In this document: positions 44,872-55,797 of the stretch, piece after piece
Layout of the letters: every line of letters starts with the position of its first letter
Numbering within the stretch: the first letter of the stretch is position 1
Assembly: GCA_963665295.1 (NCBI GenBank)
Contig: OY762209.1
Span: 2,496,001 to 2,560,000 of the forward strand
DNA: 64,000 nt
Reading direction: 5' to 3'
Source of the DNA: Syntrophorhabdaceae bacterium
GTDB lineage: Bacteria > Desulfobacterota > Syntrophorhabdia > Syntrophorhabdales > Syntrophorhabdaceae
Notes under the pieces: generated by a model
Database searches by the model: none
Told to the model about the DNA's origin: nothing
What the model saw: the letters and a program-made list of their open reading frames with translations, nothing else
Made by a program: the position numbers and the translations under genes

Positions 44872-47800
44872 ATGACAAGAAAACCGACGTACCACCGAAC
44901 ATGGTTCACCATTACTCCATGCCTCTTCACGGCATGCCTTCTCGTTGCGATGCTCTTTGCCTCGGCACATGCAAAGACAGCCGACGGGAAGGACCTCCTC
45001 CAGTTCACCTCGAAGGGCCATATCCTCGGCTTCTCTCCCGGTTCCATGTATATGGCTTCAGGCTCCCATATGCTCAAGGTGGAGTTTCTGGGAGGAAAGT
45101 CCGTCTCTCCCGTCTCCAAGGAAGGACCCTCCTCCGATGGAAAGGCCCCTCCCTTGAGCAAGGTAACCTATCCGAACATATGGGACGGAGTGGACATCGT
45201 CTATGAAGGAGCCAAAGGCTCCATCGTGAAGTCTACCTATACGGTGGCTGCGGGCAAGGCCCCAGGTTCCATCCGCCTCCGCTATAACAGACCCCTTACC
45301 CTCGATGAGAAGGGCAACCTCGTGGTCCGCTACGAAACCGGCACTATCACGGAATCCAAACCCATTGCCTGGCAGGTCATAGAAGGAAAGAAGAAGCCCG
45401 TCATGGTGGCGTACAACCTCCAATCGGATAAGGAAGTGGGGTTTACGGTAAAGGATTACGATAAGAGCATTCCGTTGGTTATCGACCCCTCTTTTGGGTG
45501 GTACACCTTCCTCGGAGGCAGCGGTACGGATTATGGACAGGCCATAGCCCTCGATTCGAGCGGGAACATCTATGTGGCAGGCTACAGCAGCGCCGCATGG
45601 ACGGAGACCCCGGTCAGGGCCTACTACGGGTCGGGCACCGACGCCTTCGTGGCCAAACTGAATCCCGACGGGTCCCTCGCCTGGTACACCTTCCTCGGGG
45701 GCAGCGGCACTGATAACGGATACGCCATAGCCCTCGATTCGAACGCCAACATCTATGTGACGGGCCAGAGCAACGCCACCTGGGGCTCGCCGCTGCAGGC
45801 TTACACATCAGGCTATGACGCCTTCGTGGCCAAACTGAATGCCTCCGGATCCCTCGTCTGGCACAGCTTCCTCGGGGGGAGCGGAAGTGATTGCGGGCAG
45901 GCCATAGCCCTCGATTCGAACGCCAACATCTATGTGACGGGCCAGAGCAACGCCACCTGGAGATCGCCGCTGCGGGCTTACACATCAGGCTATGACGCCT
46001 TCGTGGCCAAACTGACCACCGACGGCAGTCTCGTCTGGCACAGCTTCCTCGGGGGCAGCGGCACTGATAACGGATACGCCATAGCCCTCGATTCGAACGC
46101 CAACATCTATGTGACGGGGCGCAGCAGCGCCACCTGGGAAAGCCCGGTCAGGGCTTACACATCAGGCTATGACGCCTTCGTGGCCAAACTGACCACCGAC
46201 GGAAGCTTCCTGTGGAACACCTTCCTCGGCGGCAGTAGTACGGATTACGGGCAGGCCATAGCCCTCGATTCCGGCGGGAACATCTATGTGGCAGGCTACG
46301 GCAGCGCTGCATGGACGGAGACCCCGGTCAGGGCCTACGACGGGTCGGGCACCGACGCCTTCGTGGCCAGACTGAATCCCGACGGGTCCCTCGTCTGGCA
46401 TACCTTCCTCGGCGGCAGCGGCACTGATTACGGACAGGCTATCACCCTCGATTCCGGCGGCAATATCTATGTGACAGGACGCAGCAACGCCGCATGGACG
46501 GAGACCCCGGAGAGGGCTTACACATCAGGCTATGACGCCTTCGTGGCCAGACTGACCACCGATGGCAACCTCACCGGCCATACCTTCCTCGGCGGCAGCG
46601 GCACTGATTACGGCTACGGCGTAGCCCTCGATTCGAGCGACAACATCTACGTGACGGGCTGCAGCAGCACCGCATGGACGGAGACCCCGGTGAGGGTCTA
46701 CACGTCGAGCTATGACGCCTTCGTGGCCAGGGTCATGTTCCCTCCGCTCAGGTCCATGTCGGTCTCAGTGACGGGTGCGGGGACCGGCACGGTGACGAGC
46801 AGTCCCTCGGGCATTAACTGCGGCTCGACCTGTTCGGCTGCTTTCAGCCAGGAAACGACCGTTACCCTCACGGCTGTTGCGGGGGCCCACTCGGTCTTCA
46901 CCGGCTGGACCGGAGGGGGGTGCAGCGGAAACGGAACGTGCGTAATCACATTGGCCGGCGAAGACATTACTGTGACCGCGGAATTCTCCCTGGTCACCTT
47001 CACGGTGGGCGCATCGGTTGAGGGCGGCCACGGGACCGTGTCCCCGGACACCCAGGCCGTGACCTACAACACTTCTGCGACGATCACCATGACCCCCGAT
47101 CCGGGATACCACGTGGCGGGCGTGAGCGACACGGTGCAGGAAGCGCGGGGCGCGAAAAAAGGCTCGGTCACAAAGAAGGCGGTAAAACCGGCCGGTTCCG
47201 CCCCCACCTATACCATAAACCGCGTTACCGCCAACCATGCCGTAGTAGTCACCTACGAGGCCGATCCCGAAACCCTCACCGCGAGGAAAACAGGCACGGG
47301 AAGCGGTACTCTCTCGGCCTCGGGCCTCACCTGCTCCGGCCTCACCTGCTCGGGGACATATGGGTATAATACTACGGTCACCATCACCGCCACTCCCGAT
47401 ACGGGTTCTTCCTTCACGGGATGGACCGGCTGCGACTCCACGTCGGGCCTCACCTGCGTGATCGCCATGACCGCCACCAGGAGTGTCACAGCCAACTTCG
47501 ACATAAGCAACTCATGCACCTACGCGGTCTCGTGGACGGACAAGGTTTTCGGCCACAAAGGAGGGAGCGCCAATATTACTCTCAGGGCCACGGGGGGCAA
47601 GACCTGCGCGAACCCCGAGGTTGCCTCGGAGGACGCCTGGGTAGGGGTCAGTCTGAGCGCGTTCAAGAACAACAAGGGCACTGTAAAGATAAGCGTTTTG
47701 CCCAACGACGGGGCGACGGAGAGGACCGGCACCGTGAGCATACGGGGTAACGCCTTCCACGTGGTCCAGGCCGGAGCGCCATGCTCCGTCTTCCTTCCTG

Positions 47801-48054
47801 CGACGAGCGACACCCTGGATGCAGAAGGAGGACCGCACTCCTTTGCCGTCAATGCCCCCACGGGCTGCGCATGGAGCGTATCATCATCGGAGGACTGGCT
47901 GACAGGCATCACCAGTGCGGGAACAGGGACGGGACTCGTCTCCTACATCGCCTCCGGGAATACCACGGGGAAGCAGAGGAGTGGGAAGATCACCGTATTC
48001 CTCACCGACACCCCTTCCAAGAAGAAGGTGTTTACGGTGAAAGAGAAGAAATAA
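44872..48054 (+). CDS. Secreted SBBP/InlB-B/BACON protein (copy 2)
   Basis: Same architecture; AAGGAG RBS. Confidence 0.9.
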   Translation: MTRKPTYHRTWFTITPCLFTACLLVAMLFASAHAKTADGKDLLQFTSKGHILGFSPGSMYMASGSHMLKVEFLGGKSVSPVSKEGPSSDGKAPPLSKVTYPNIWDGVDIVYEGAKGSIVKSTYTVAAGKAPGSIRLRYNRPLTLDEKGNLVVRYETGTITESKPIAWQVIEGKKKPVMVAYNLQSDKEVGFTVKDYDKSIPLVIDPSFGWYTFLGGSGTDYGQAIALDSSGNIYVAGYSSAAWTETPVRAYYGSGTDAFVAKLNPDGSLAWYTFLGGSGTDNGYAIALDSNANIYVTGQSNATWGSPLQAYTSGYDAFVAKLNASGSLVWHSFLGGSGSDCGQAIALDSNANIYVTGQSNATWRSPLRAYTSGYDAFVAKLTTDGSLVWHSFLGGSGTDNGYAIALDSNANIYVTGRSSATWESPVRAYTSGYDAFVAKLTTDGSFLWNTFLGGSSTDYGQAIALDSGGNIYVAGYGSAAWTETPVRAYDGSGTDAFVARLNPDGSLVWHTFLGGSGTDYGQAITLDSGGNIYVTGRSNAAWTETPERAYTSGYDAFVARLTTDGNLTGHTFLGGSGTDYGYGVALDSSDNIYVTGCSSTAWTETPVRVYTSSYDAFVARVMFPPLRSMSVSVTGAGTGTVTSSPSGINCGSTCSAAFSQETTVTLTAVAGAHSVFTGWTGGGCSGNGTCVITLAGEDITVTAEFSLVTFTVGASVEGGHGTVSPDTQAVTYNTSATITMTPDPGYHVAGVSDTVQEARGAKKGSVTKKAVKPAGSAPTYTINRVTANHAVVVTYEADPETLTARKTGTGSGTLSASGLTCSGLTCSGTYGYNTTVTITATPDTGSSFTGWTGCDSTSGLTCVIAMTATRSVTANFDISNSCTYAVSWTDKVFGHKGGSANITLRATGGKTCANPEVASEDAWVGVSLSAFKNNKGTVKISVLPNDGATERTGTVSIRGNAFHVVQAGAPCSVFLPATSDTLDAEGGPHSFAVNAPTGCAWSVSSSEDWLTGITSAGTGTGLVSYIASGNTTGKQRSGKITVFLTDTPSKKKVFTVKEKK

Positions 48055-48117
48055 AAGTATGAAGCCCCTCCCCGCGGGGGGCGCAGGAAGATAGATAATA
48101 CCTAAAAGGAGCAAGAG

Positions 48118-51100
48118 ATGAAAACAGCATATACACACTCCCCGCATTGCGGAAGACGTCCTGCAGCCCTGTTTCTTTTCCTGGCGTGCCTTCTTCTCTC
48201 CGTTCTTCTCATCCCGAAGGCCTATGCAAAGGAGGCGAATCTCCTCCAGTTCACCTCGAAGGGCCATATCCTCGGCTTCTCTCCCGGTTCCATGTATATG
48301 GCTTCAGGCTCCCATATGCTCAAGGTGGAGTTTCTGGGAGGAAAGTCCGTCTCTCCCGTCTCCAAGGAAGGACCCTCCTCCGATGGAAAGGCCCCTCCCT
48401 TGAGCAAGGTAACCTATCCGAACATATGGGACGGAGTGGACATCGTCTATGAAGGAGCCAAAGGCTCCATCGTGAAGTCTACCTATACGGTGGCTGCGGG
48501 CAAGGCCCCAGGTTCCATCCGCCTCCGCTATAACAGACCCCTTACCCTCGATGAGAAGGGCAACCTCGTGGTCCGCTACGAAACCGGCACTATCACGGAA
48601 TCCAAACCCATTGCCTGGCAGGTCATAGAAGGAAAGAAGAAGCCCGTCATGGTGGCGTACAACCTCCAATCGGATAAGGAAGTGGGGTTTACGGTAAAGG
48701 ATTACGATAAGAGCATTCCGTTGGTTATCGACCCCTCTTTTGGGTGGTACACCTTCCTCGGAGGCAGCAGCTCCGATTACGTGGGGGGCATAGCCATGGA
48801 CTCGAGCGGAAACTTCTATGTGGCGGGACACAGCAACGCCACCTGGGGCACGCCGCTACGGCCTTACACGGGCGGTTGGGACGTTTTTGTCGCAAAACTG
48901 ACTGCCGACGGGCAGCTCGTCTGGAACACCTTCCTCGGTGGGAGCGGTGATGACAGGGGAGGCGGCACCTTGCGCGGGGGGGGCGGCTTTAGCAGGGCGG
49001 GCGGCATAGGCCTTGATTCGAGCGGGAACATCTATGTGGCGGGCACCAGCGGGGCCACGTGGGGAGACTCGGTGAGGGGCTACACGGGAGGCAGCGATGC
49101 CTTCGTCGCAAAACTGACTGCCGACGGGCAGCTCGTCTGGAACACCTTCCTCGGGGGGAGCGGCACTGATTCCGGGACTGCCATGGCCGTGGACGCCGGC
49201 GGGAACGTGTACGTGGTCGGAGACACTGACACCGGGTGGGGAAATCCGATAAACCTCTTCGCGGGGCTTACCGACTGCAGTGTTGCCAAGGTGACGTCAG
49301 ACGGGCAGCTCGCGTGGAACACCTTCTTTGGGTCTTACCTTTTGGATTACGGGTACGGTGTAGCCCTTGACCGGAGCGGCAACGTCTATGTGCTCGGAAC
49401 GAGCCAGGGGGGCGGGTGGGGCTCGCCGGTGAGGGCCTACACGGGAGGCGCCGATGCCTTCGTCGCCAAGATGACTCCCGACGGGGCGCTCACCTGGCAC
49501 GCCTTCCTCGGGGGAAGCGATTGGGATCACGGGTACGGCATAGCAGCGGATGAGAGCGGCAACATCTATACAACGGGATTGAGCAAGAAGACGTGGGGCT
49601 CGCCGGTGAGGGCCTTCTCAGGCGTCCCGGGAAACAGTTGGGACGTCTTCGTCGCCAAGATGACTTCCGACGGGGCGCTCACCTGGAACACCTTCCTCGG
49701 CGGGGCGACTGGGTGTGAGGAGGGGTGGGCCGTAACCTCCGACCCGAGGAACGGCAAAGTCTACGTGACGGGACAGAGCAACTACACGTGGGGCTCGCCG
49801 ATACGGGACTACGGCGGCTACTACGGGGACTCCGACGTCTTCGTCGCCGGGCTGGCTGCCGACGGAGAATTGATATGGAATACCTTCCTCCAATCGGGCA
49901 GCAACTCCGGCCCAGGCGGCATAGCGCTTGATTCGCAGAGAGACATCTACATCGCGGGGCTGACCACCGGCACGAAGTGGGGCTCGCCGATACGGGCCTA
50001 CTCCGGAGGCTACGACGGCTTCCTCATGAAGATCAACCGGGACAAGGAAATTTCCGTCACGTTGACGGGCACGGGAACCGGCACGGTGACAAGCAGCCCC
50101 GCCGGCATCGACTGCGGCTCGATTTGTTCCGCCAGCTTCGCCGAGGGGACGACCGTTACCCTCACGGCCGTTGCGGGGGCGGTCGGCACGACCTTCTACG
50201 GCTGGACCGGCGGGGGATGCAGTGGAACGGGTACCTGTGTGATAACGATGGCCGGCGAGGACATTGCCGTGTCCGCGGAATTCTCCCCCACCATCTATAC
50301 GGTCAACGCATCCGTTTCAGGAGGCCACGGGACCGTATCTCCCGAGACACAGGCCGTTACCCACAAATCCTCGGTGTCCATTACCATGACCCCCGATGCG
50401 GGGTACCATATCGTGACCATCACCGACAATGTCCAGGAGGAGGCTCGGGGCGCGAAAAAGGGCTCAGGCACAAGAAAAGTGGTCAAACCGGTCCGCTCCG
50501 CGAAATCCGGTTCCGGTTATGTGTACAGCATAAGCAGCATCACCGCCAACCATACGGTAGCGGTTGCCTACGAGGCCGACCTCTATACCCTCACCGCGAC
50601 GAAAACGGGCGCGGGGACCGGCACCCTCACCGCGACGGGCCTTGCCTGCTCGGGGAATACGTGCTCCGGGACCTATCCGTACGGAGCATCGGTGACCATC
50701 ACCGCCACTCACGATGCGGGCTCTTCCTTCACGGGATGGACCGGCTGCGACTCCACGTCGGGCAACACGTGCGTGATCGCCATAACCGCCAACAAGAGCG
50801 TTGCCGCCGCCTTCGGCATAAGCGATCCGTGCACCTATACAGTCTCGTGGAAGGATAAGCCCTTCGCGCACAAGGGGGGAAGCGCCACCATCACCGTCAA
50901 GGCCACGGGGGCGAAGACCTGTACGACCCCCACCCCCTCGGCAAGCGACGCGTGGATAACGACGAGCATGGGCTCCTTCGCGAACAACAAGGGAACGGTG
51001 AGGGTGACAATCTCGGCCAACGACTCGGTCACGGAGAGGACCGGCGCCGTCACCATACGGGGCAACAGCTTTCAAGTCACCCAGGACGGAACGCCCTGCA

Positions 51101-51639
51101 CCCTCACCATCTCCTCGACCGGCAATACCCTCTCCCCGGCGGGGGGAACGGACTCCTTTACCGTCAATGCCCCCACGGGCTGCGCATGGAGCGTATCATC
51201 ATCGGAGGACTGGCTGACAGGCATCACCAGTGCGGGAACAGGGACGGGACCCGTCTCCTACACGGCCTCTGAGAATACCACGGGGAAGCAGAGGATCGGG
51301 AAGATCACCGTATTCCTCACCGACACCCCAACGAAGAAGAAAGTATTTACGGTGAAGCAGTCACTCTGCACCCTCACCACCTCCTCGACCGGCAATACCC
51401 TCTCCCCTGTGGGAGGAACGGACTCCTTTACCGTCAATGCCCCCACGGGCTGCGCATGGAGCGTATCATCATCGGAGGACTGGCTGACAGGCATCACCAG
51501 TGCGGGAACAGGGACGGGACCCGTCTCCTACACGGCCTCTGAGAATACCACGGGGAAGCAGAGGAGCGGGAAGATCACCGTATTCCTCACCGACACCCCA
51601 ACGAAGAAGAAAGTGTTTACGGTGACGGAGAAGAAATAG
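48118..51639 (+). CDS. Secreted SBBP/InlB-B/BACON protein (copy 3)
   Basis: Same architecture; duplicated terminal BACON. Confidence 0.9.
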   Translation: MKTAYTHSPHCGRRPAALFLFLACLLLSVLLIPKAYAKEANLLQFTSKGHILGFSPGSMYMASGSHMLKVEFLGGKSVSPVSKEGPSSDGKAPPLSKVTYPNIWDGVDIVYEGAKGSIVKSTYTVAAGKAPGSIRLRYNRPLTLDEKGNLVVRYETGTITESKPIAWQVIEGKKKPVMVAYNLQSDKEVGFTVKDYDKSIPLVIDPSFGWYTFLGGSSSDYVGGIAMDSSGNFYVAGHSNATWGTPLRPYTGGWDVFVAKLTADGQLVWNTFLGGSGDDRGGGTLRGGGGFSRAGGIGLDSSGNIYVAGTSGATWGDSVRGYTGGSDAFVAKLTADGQLVWNTFLGGSGTDSGTAMAVDAGGNVYVVGDTDTGWGNPINLFAGLTDCSVAKVTSDGQLAWNTFFGSYLLDYGYGVALDRSGNVYVLGTSQGGGWGSPVRAYTGGADAFVAKMTPDGALTWHAFLGGSDWDHGYGIAADESGNIYTTGLSKKTWGSPVRAFSGVPGNSWDVFVAKMTSDGALTWNTFLGGATGCEEGWAVTSDPRNGKVYVTGQSNYTWGSPIRDYGGYYGDSDVFVAGLAADGELIWNTFLQSGSNSGPGGIALDSQRDIYIAGLTTGTKWGSPIRAYSGGYDGFLMKINRDKEISVTLTGTGTGTVTSSPAGIDCGSICSASFAEGTTVTLTAVAGAVGTTFYGWTGGGCSGTGTCVITMAGEDIAVSAEFSPTIYTVNASVSGGHGTVSPETQAVTHKSSVSITMTPDAGYHIVTITDNVQEEARGAKKGSGTRKVVKPVRSAKSGSGYVYSISSITANHTVAVAYEADLYTLTATKTGAGTGTLTATGLACSGNTCSGTYPYGASVTITATHDAGSSFTGWTGCDSTSGNTCVIAITANKSVAAAFGISDPCTYTVSWKDKPFAHKGGSATITVKATGAKTCTTPTPSASDAWITTSMGSFANNKGTVRVTISANDSVTERTGAVTIRGNSFQVTQDGTPCTLTISSTGNTLSPAGGTDSFTVNAPTGCAWSVSSSEDWLTGITSAGTGTGPVSYTASENTTGKQRIGKITVFLTDTPTKKKVFTVKQSLCTLTTSSTGNTLSPVGGTDSFTVNAPTGCAWSVSSSEDWLTGITSAGTGTGPVSYTASENTTGKQRSGKITVFLTDTPTKKKVFTVTEKK

Positions 51640-54600
51640 AGAAGTGAGCCCCTCCCCTCGGAGGGAGGGGCTCGTACCACACATAAGGAGCAAGGGATGG
51701 GAAAGGGATCGACCCGCAGCATTTCATATCACGGAAGGTGTTTTATATCTCCATGCCTCTTCACAGCATGCCTTCTCGTTGCGATGCTCTTTGCCTCGGC
51801 ACATGCAAAGACAGCCGACGGGAAGGACCTCCTCCAGTTCACCTCGAAGGGCCATATCCTCGGCTTCTCTCCCGGTTCCATGTATATGGCTTCAGGCTCC
51901 CATATGCTCAAGGTGGAGTTTCTGGGAGGAAAGTCCGTCTCTCCCGTCTCCAAGGAAGGACCCTCCTCCGATGGAAAGGCCCCTCCCTTGAGCAAGGTAA
52001 CCTATCCGAACATATGGGACGGAGTGGACATCGTCTATGAAGGAGCCAAAGGCTCCATCGTGAAGTCTACCTATACGGTGGCTGCGGGCAAGGCCCCCGG
52101 TTCCATCCGCCTCCGCTATAACAGACCCCTTACCCTCGATGAGAAGGGCAACCTCGTGGTCCGCTACGAAACCGGCACTATCACGGAATCCAAACCCATT
52201 GCCTGGCAGGTGATAGAAGGAAAGAAGAAGCCCGTCATGGTGGCGTACAACCTCCAATCGGATAAGGAAGTGGGGTTTACGGCAAAGGATTACGATAAGA
52301 GCGTTCCGTTGGTTATCGACCCTGATTCCGGGTGGACCAGCATGCATTTTGGGGGCGGCAGCTACTACGACTGGGGGCAGGCCATAGCCGTCGATTCGAG
52401 CGGGAACATCTATGTGACAGGATTCAGCGACGGCACGTGGGACTCGCCGGTGCAAGCCTATACTTCGGGCCGCGACGTCTTCGTCGCGAAACTGGCGGCG
52501 GACGGGAGCCTCATCTGGAACACCTTCCTCGGCGGGAGCGGTAATGACTGGGGATGTGCCATAGCCTCGGATTCCAGCGAGAACGTCTATGTGATGGGGT
52601 ACAGCACGGCCGCGTGGGGAAACCCGTTGGAGGCCTATCGGTCTGCCAACGACGTCTTCGTCGCGAAACTGGCGGCGGACGGGAGCCTCATCTGGAACAC
52701 CTTCCTCGGCGGGGGCGGGGGCGATACCGGGTACGGCATGGCCGTCGATTCGGAAGGGAGCGTGTACGTGGCGAGAACCGGCACCGCCACGTGGGGTTCT
52801 CCGATACGGGCATACACCTCGGGTAACGATGCTTTCGTCGCCAAACTGACCACCGACGGGAGCCTCATCTGGAACACCTTCCTCGGCGGGAGCGGGTCCG
52901 ATACCGGGTGCGGCCTAGCCGTCGATTCGGAACGGAGCGTCTATGTGACGGGAGGGAGCAGCGCCACGTGGGGTTCTCCGATACGGGCATACACCTCGGG
53001 TAACGATGCTTTCGTCGCCAAACTGACTACCGACGGGAGCCTCATCTGGAACACCTTCCTCGGCGGGAGCGGTAATGATGCCGGGTACGGCCTAGCCGTC
53101 GATTCGGAACGGAGCGTCTATGTGGCGGGAGGGAGCGGCGCGACGTGGGGTTCTCCGCTGGGCGCCTACTATGGTCAGGGCGATGATGCTTTCGTCGCCA
53201 AACTGACCACCGACGGGAGCTTCCTGTGGAACACCTTCCTCGGCGGGAGCGGTGATAATACCGCGGGCGCCATAGCCGTCGATTCGGGAAGGAACGTCTA
53301 TGTGACGGTATCCGGCTACAACGATGCCTTCATGGCCAAACTGACCACCGACGGCGCACTTGTCCGGAACAACGGCACGGCCGGCAGCGGCATAGCCATC
53401 GATTCGGGAAGGAACATCTATGTGACGGGGGGGATTTATGTGGGGTTTCTCGGGGGTTATGATATCCTCGTCATCAAGCAGAACCTGAGCAGCGATACCC
53501 TCTCTGTTCTGGTAGACGGCTCGGGGAGCGGCTTGGTCACGAGCGATCCGTCCGGTATTACGTGCGGCTCCGTGTGCTCGGCCGTGTTTGCGGAGGGTAC
53601 ATCCGTTACACTCACCGCCAATCCCGGAGCACACTCGGTCTTCTCGGGCTGGGGCGGGGCTTGCAGCGGCACCGGCACATGCACCTTCACACTGAGCGCG
53701 GAGACTACCGTGAGGGCCAGATTCCGCATTGGCACGTACGCTGTCACCGCCTCCGTCTCCGGCGGCCACGGGGCCGTATCTCCCGCCACCCAGGCGGTGA
53801 GCTACGGCAACTCCGCCATCATTACCATGATCCCGGATGACGGATACCATATCGCGACGCTCACGGACAACGGACAGGAGATAACAGGAACGGCCATGGG
53901 AGGTAAGGCAAGCCGGGCTTCGAACAAGAAAGAGAGGGTCAGGTCGAGGATCCCTGTAAAAAAGACACCGACGACCGCCGTCACTTCCATACCTAATCCT
54001 TACATGATAACCGGCGTGACCGCCGACCATGCCGTAGTGGTCACCTACGCGATCGACAGCGTGACATTGACCGGGAGCGTTGCCGCAGGTACAGGCAACG
54101 GCACCCTCTCGGCAGAAGGACTCACTTGCTCGGGCAGTTCGTGCTCCGGCACATACCAATACGGCACCAAGGTCGTTATCACGGCAACACCGGACCCTGA
54201 CTCCGCTCTGGAAAGCTTGTCGGGTTGTGACTCCATTTCAGGCAACACCTGCACGGTAGCCATGACGGCCAACCGAACCGTCACCGCCGTCTTCAGCTCT
54301 CCCTGCGCCTATACAATCAGCCCTTCATCGAAATCTTTCCCCCACAAGGGGGGAAGCGCCACCATCACCGTCAAGGCCACGGGGGCGAAGACCTGTACGA
54401 CCCCCACCCCCTCGGCAAGCGACGCGTGGATAACGACGAGCATGGGCTCCTTCGCGAACAACAAGGGAACGGTGAGGGTGACAATCTCGGCCAACGACTC
54501 GGTCACGGAGAGGACCGGCGCCGTCACCATACGGGGCAACAGCTTTCAAGTCACCCAGGACGGAACGCCCTGCACCCTCACCATCTCCTCGACCGGCAAT

Positions 54601-55797
54601 ACCCTCTCCCCGGCGGGGGGAACGGACTCCTTTACCGTCAATGCCCCCACGGGCTGCGCATGGAGCGTATCATCATCGGAGGACTGGCTGACAGGCATCA
54701 CCAGTGCGGGAACAGGGACGGGACCCGTCTCCTACACGGCCTCTGAGAATACCACGGGGAAGCAGAGGATCGGGAAGATCACCGTATTCCTCACCGACAC
54801 CCCAACGAAGAAGAAAGTATTTACGGTGAAGCAGTCACTCTGCACCCTCACCACCTCCTCGACCGGCAATACCCTCTCCCCTGTGGGAGGAACGGACTCC
54901 TTTACCGTCAATGCCCCCACGGGCTGCGCATGGAGCGTATCATCATCGGAGGACTGGCTGACAGGCATCACCAGTGCGGGAACAGGGACGGGACCCGTCT
55001 CCTACACGGCCTCTGAGAATACCACGGGGAAGCAGAGGAGCGGGAAGATCACCGTATTCCTCACCGACACCCCAACGAAGAAGAAAGTGTTTACGGTGAC
55101 GGAGAAGAAATAGAGAAGTGAGCCCCTCCCCTCGGAGGGAGGGGCTCGTACCACACATAAGGAGCAAGGGATGGGAAAGGGATCGACCCGCAGCATTTCA
55201 TATCACGGAAGGTGTTTTATATCTCCATGCCTCTTCACAGCATGCCTTCTCGTTGCGATGCTCTTTGCCTCGGCACATGCAAAGACAGCCGACGGGAAGG
55301 ACCTCCTCCAGTTCACCTCGAAGGGCCATATCCTCGGCTTCTCTCCCGGTTCCATGTATATGGCTTCAGGCTCCCATATGCTCAAGGTGGAGTTTCTGGG
55401 AGGAAAGTCCGTCTCTCCCGTCTCCAAGGAAGGACCCTCCTCCGATGGAAAGGCCCCTCCCTTGAGCAAGGTAACCTATCCGAACATATGGGACGGAGTG
55501 GACATCGTCTATGAAGGAGCCAAAGGCTCCATCGTGAAGTCTACCTATACGGTGGCTGCGGGCAAGGCCCCCGGTTCCATCCGCCTCCGCTATAACAGAC
55601 CCCTTACCCTCGATGAGAAGGGCAACCTCGTGGTCCGCTACGAAACCGGCACTATCACGGAATCCAAACCCATTGCCTGGCAGGTGATAGAAGGAAAGAA
55701 GAAGCCCGTCATGGTGGCGTACAACCTCCAATCGGATAAGGAAGTGGGGTTTACGGTAAAGGATTACGATAAGAGCGTTCCGTTGGTTATCGACCCT
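50869..55797. repeat. ~1455-bp near-identical direct repeat (50869-52323 and 54343-55797)
   Basis: Offset 3474; spans gene 3' end, intergenic hairpin and the next gene's N-terminal domain. Confidence 0.9.
51697..55113 (+). CDS. Secreted SBBP/InlB-B/BACON protein (copy 4)
   Basis: Same architecture; last blade shortened. Confidence 0.9.
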   Translation: MGKGSTRSISYHGRCFISPCLFTACLLVAMLFASAHAKTADGKDLLQFTSKGHILGFSPGSMYMASGSHMLKVEFLGGKSVSPVSKEGPSSDGKAPPLSKVTYPNIWDGVDIVYEGAKGSIVKSTYTVAAGKAPGSIRLRYNRPLTLDEKGNLVVRYETGTITESKPIAWQVIEGKKKPVMVAYNLQSDKEVGFTAKDYDKSVPLVIDPDSGWTSMHFGGGSYYDWGQAIAVDSSGNIYVTGFSDGTWDSPVQAYTSGRDVFVAKLAADGSLIWNTFLGGSGNDWGCAIASDSSENVYVMGYSTAAWGNPLEAYRSANDVFVAKLAADGSLIWNTFLGGGGGDTGYGMAVDSEGSVYVARTGTATWGSPIRAYTSGNDAFVAKLTTDGSLIWNTFLGGSGSDTGCGLAVDSERSVYVTGGSSATWGSPIRAYTSGNDAFVAKLTTDGSLIWNTFLGGSGNDAGYGLAVDSERSVYVAGGSGATWGSPLGAYYGQGDDAFVAKLTTDGSFLWNTFLGGSGDNTAGAIAVDSGRNVYVTVSGYNDAFMAKLTTDGALVRNNGTAGSGIAIDSGRNIYVTGGIYVGFLGGYDILVIKQNLSSDTLSVLVDGSGSGLVTSDPSGITCGSVCSAVFAEGTSVTLTANPGAHSVFSGWGGACSGTGTCTFTLSAETTVRARFRIGTYAVTASVSGGHGAVSPATQAVSYGNSAIITMIPDDGYHIATLTDNGQEITGTAMGGKASRASNKKERVRSRIPVKKTPTTAVTSIPNPYMITGVTADHAVVVTYAIDSVTLTGSVAAGTGNGTLSAEGLTCSGSSCSGTYQYGTKVVITATPDPDSALESLSGCDSISGNTCTVAMTANRTVTAVFSSPCAYTISPSSKSFPHKGGSATITVKATGAKTCTTPTPSASDAWITTSMGSFANNKGTVRVTISANDSVTERTGAVTIRGNSFQVTQDGTPCTLTISSTGNTLSPAGGTDSFTVNAPTGCAWSVSSSEDWLTGITSAGTGTGPVSYTASENTTGKQRIGKITVFLTDTPTKKKVFTVKQSLCTLTTSSTGNTLSPVGGTDSFTVNAPTGCAWSVSSSEDWLTGITSAGTGTGPVSYTASENTTGKQRSGKITVFLTDTPTKKKVFTVTEKK

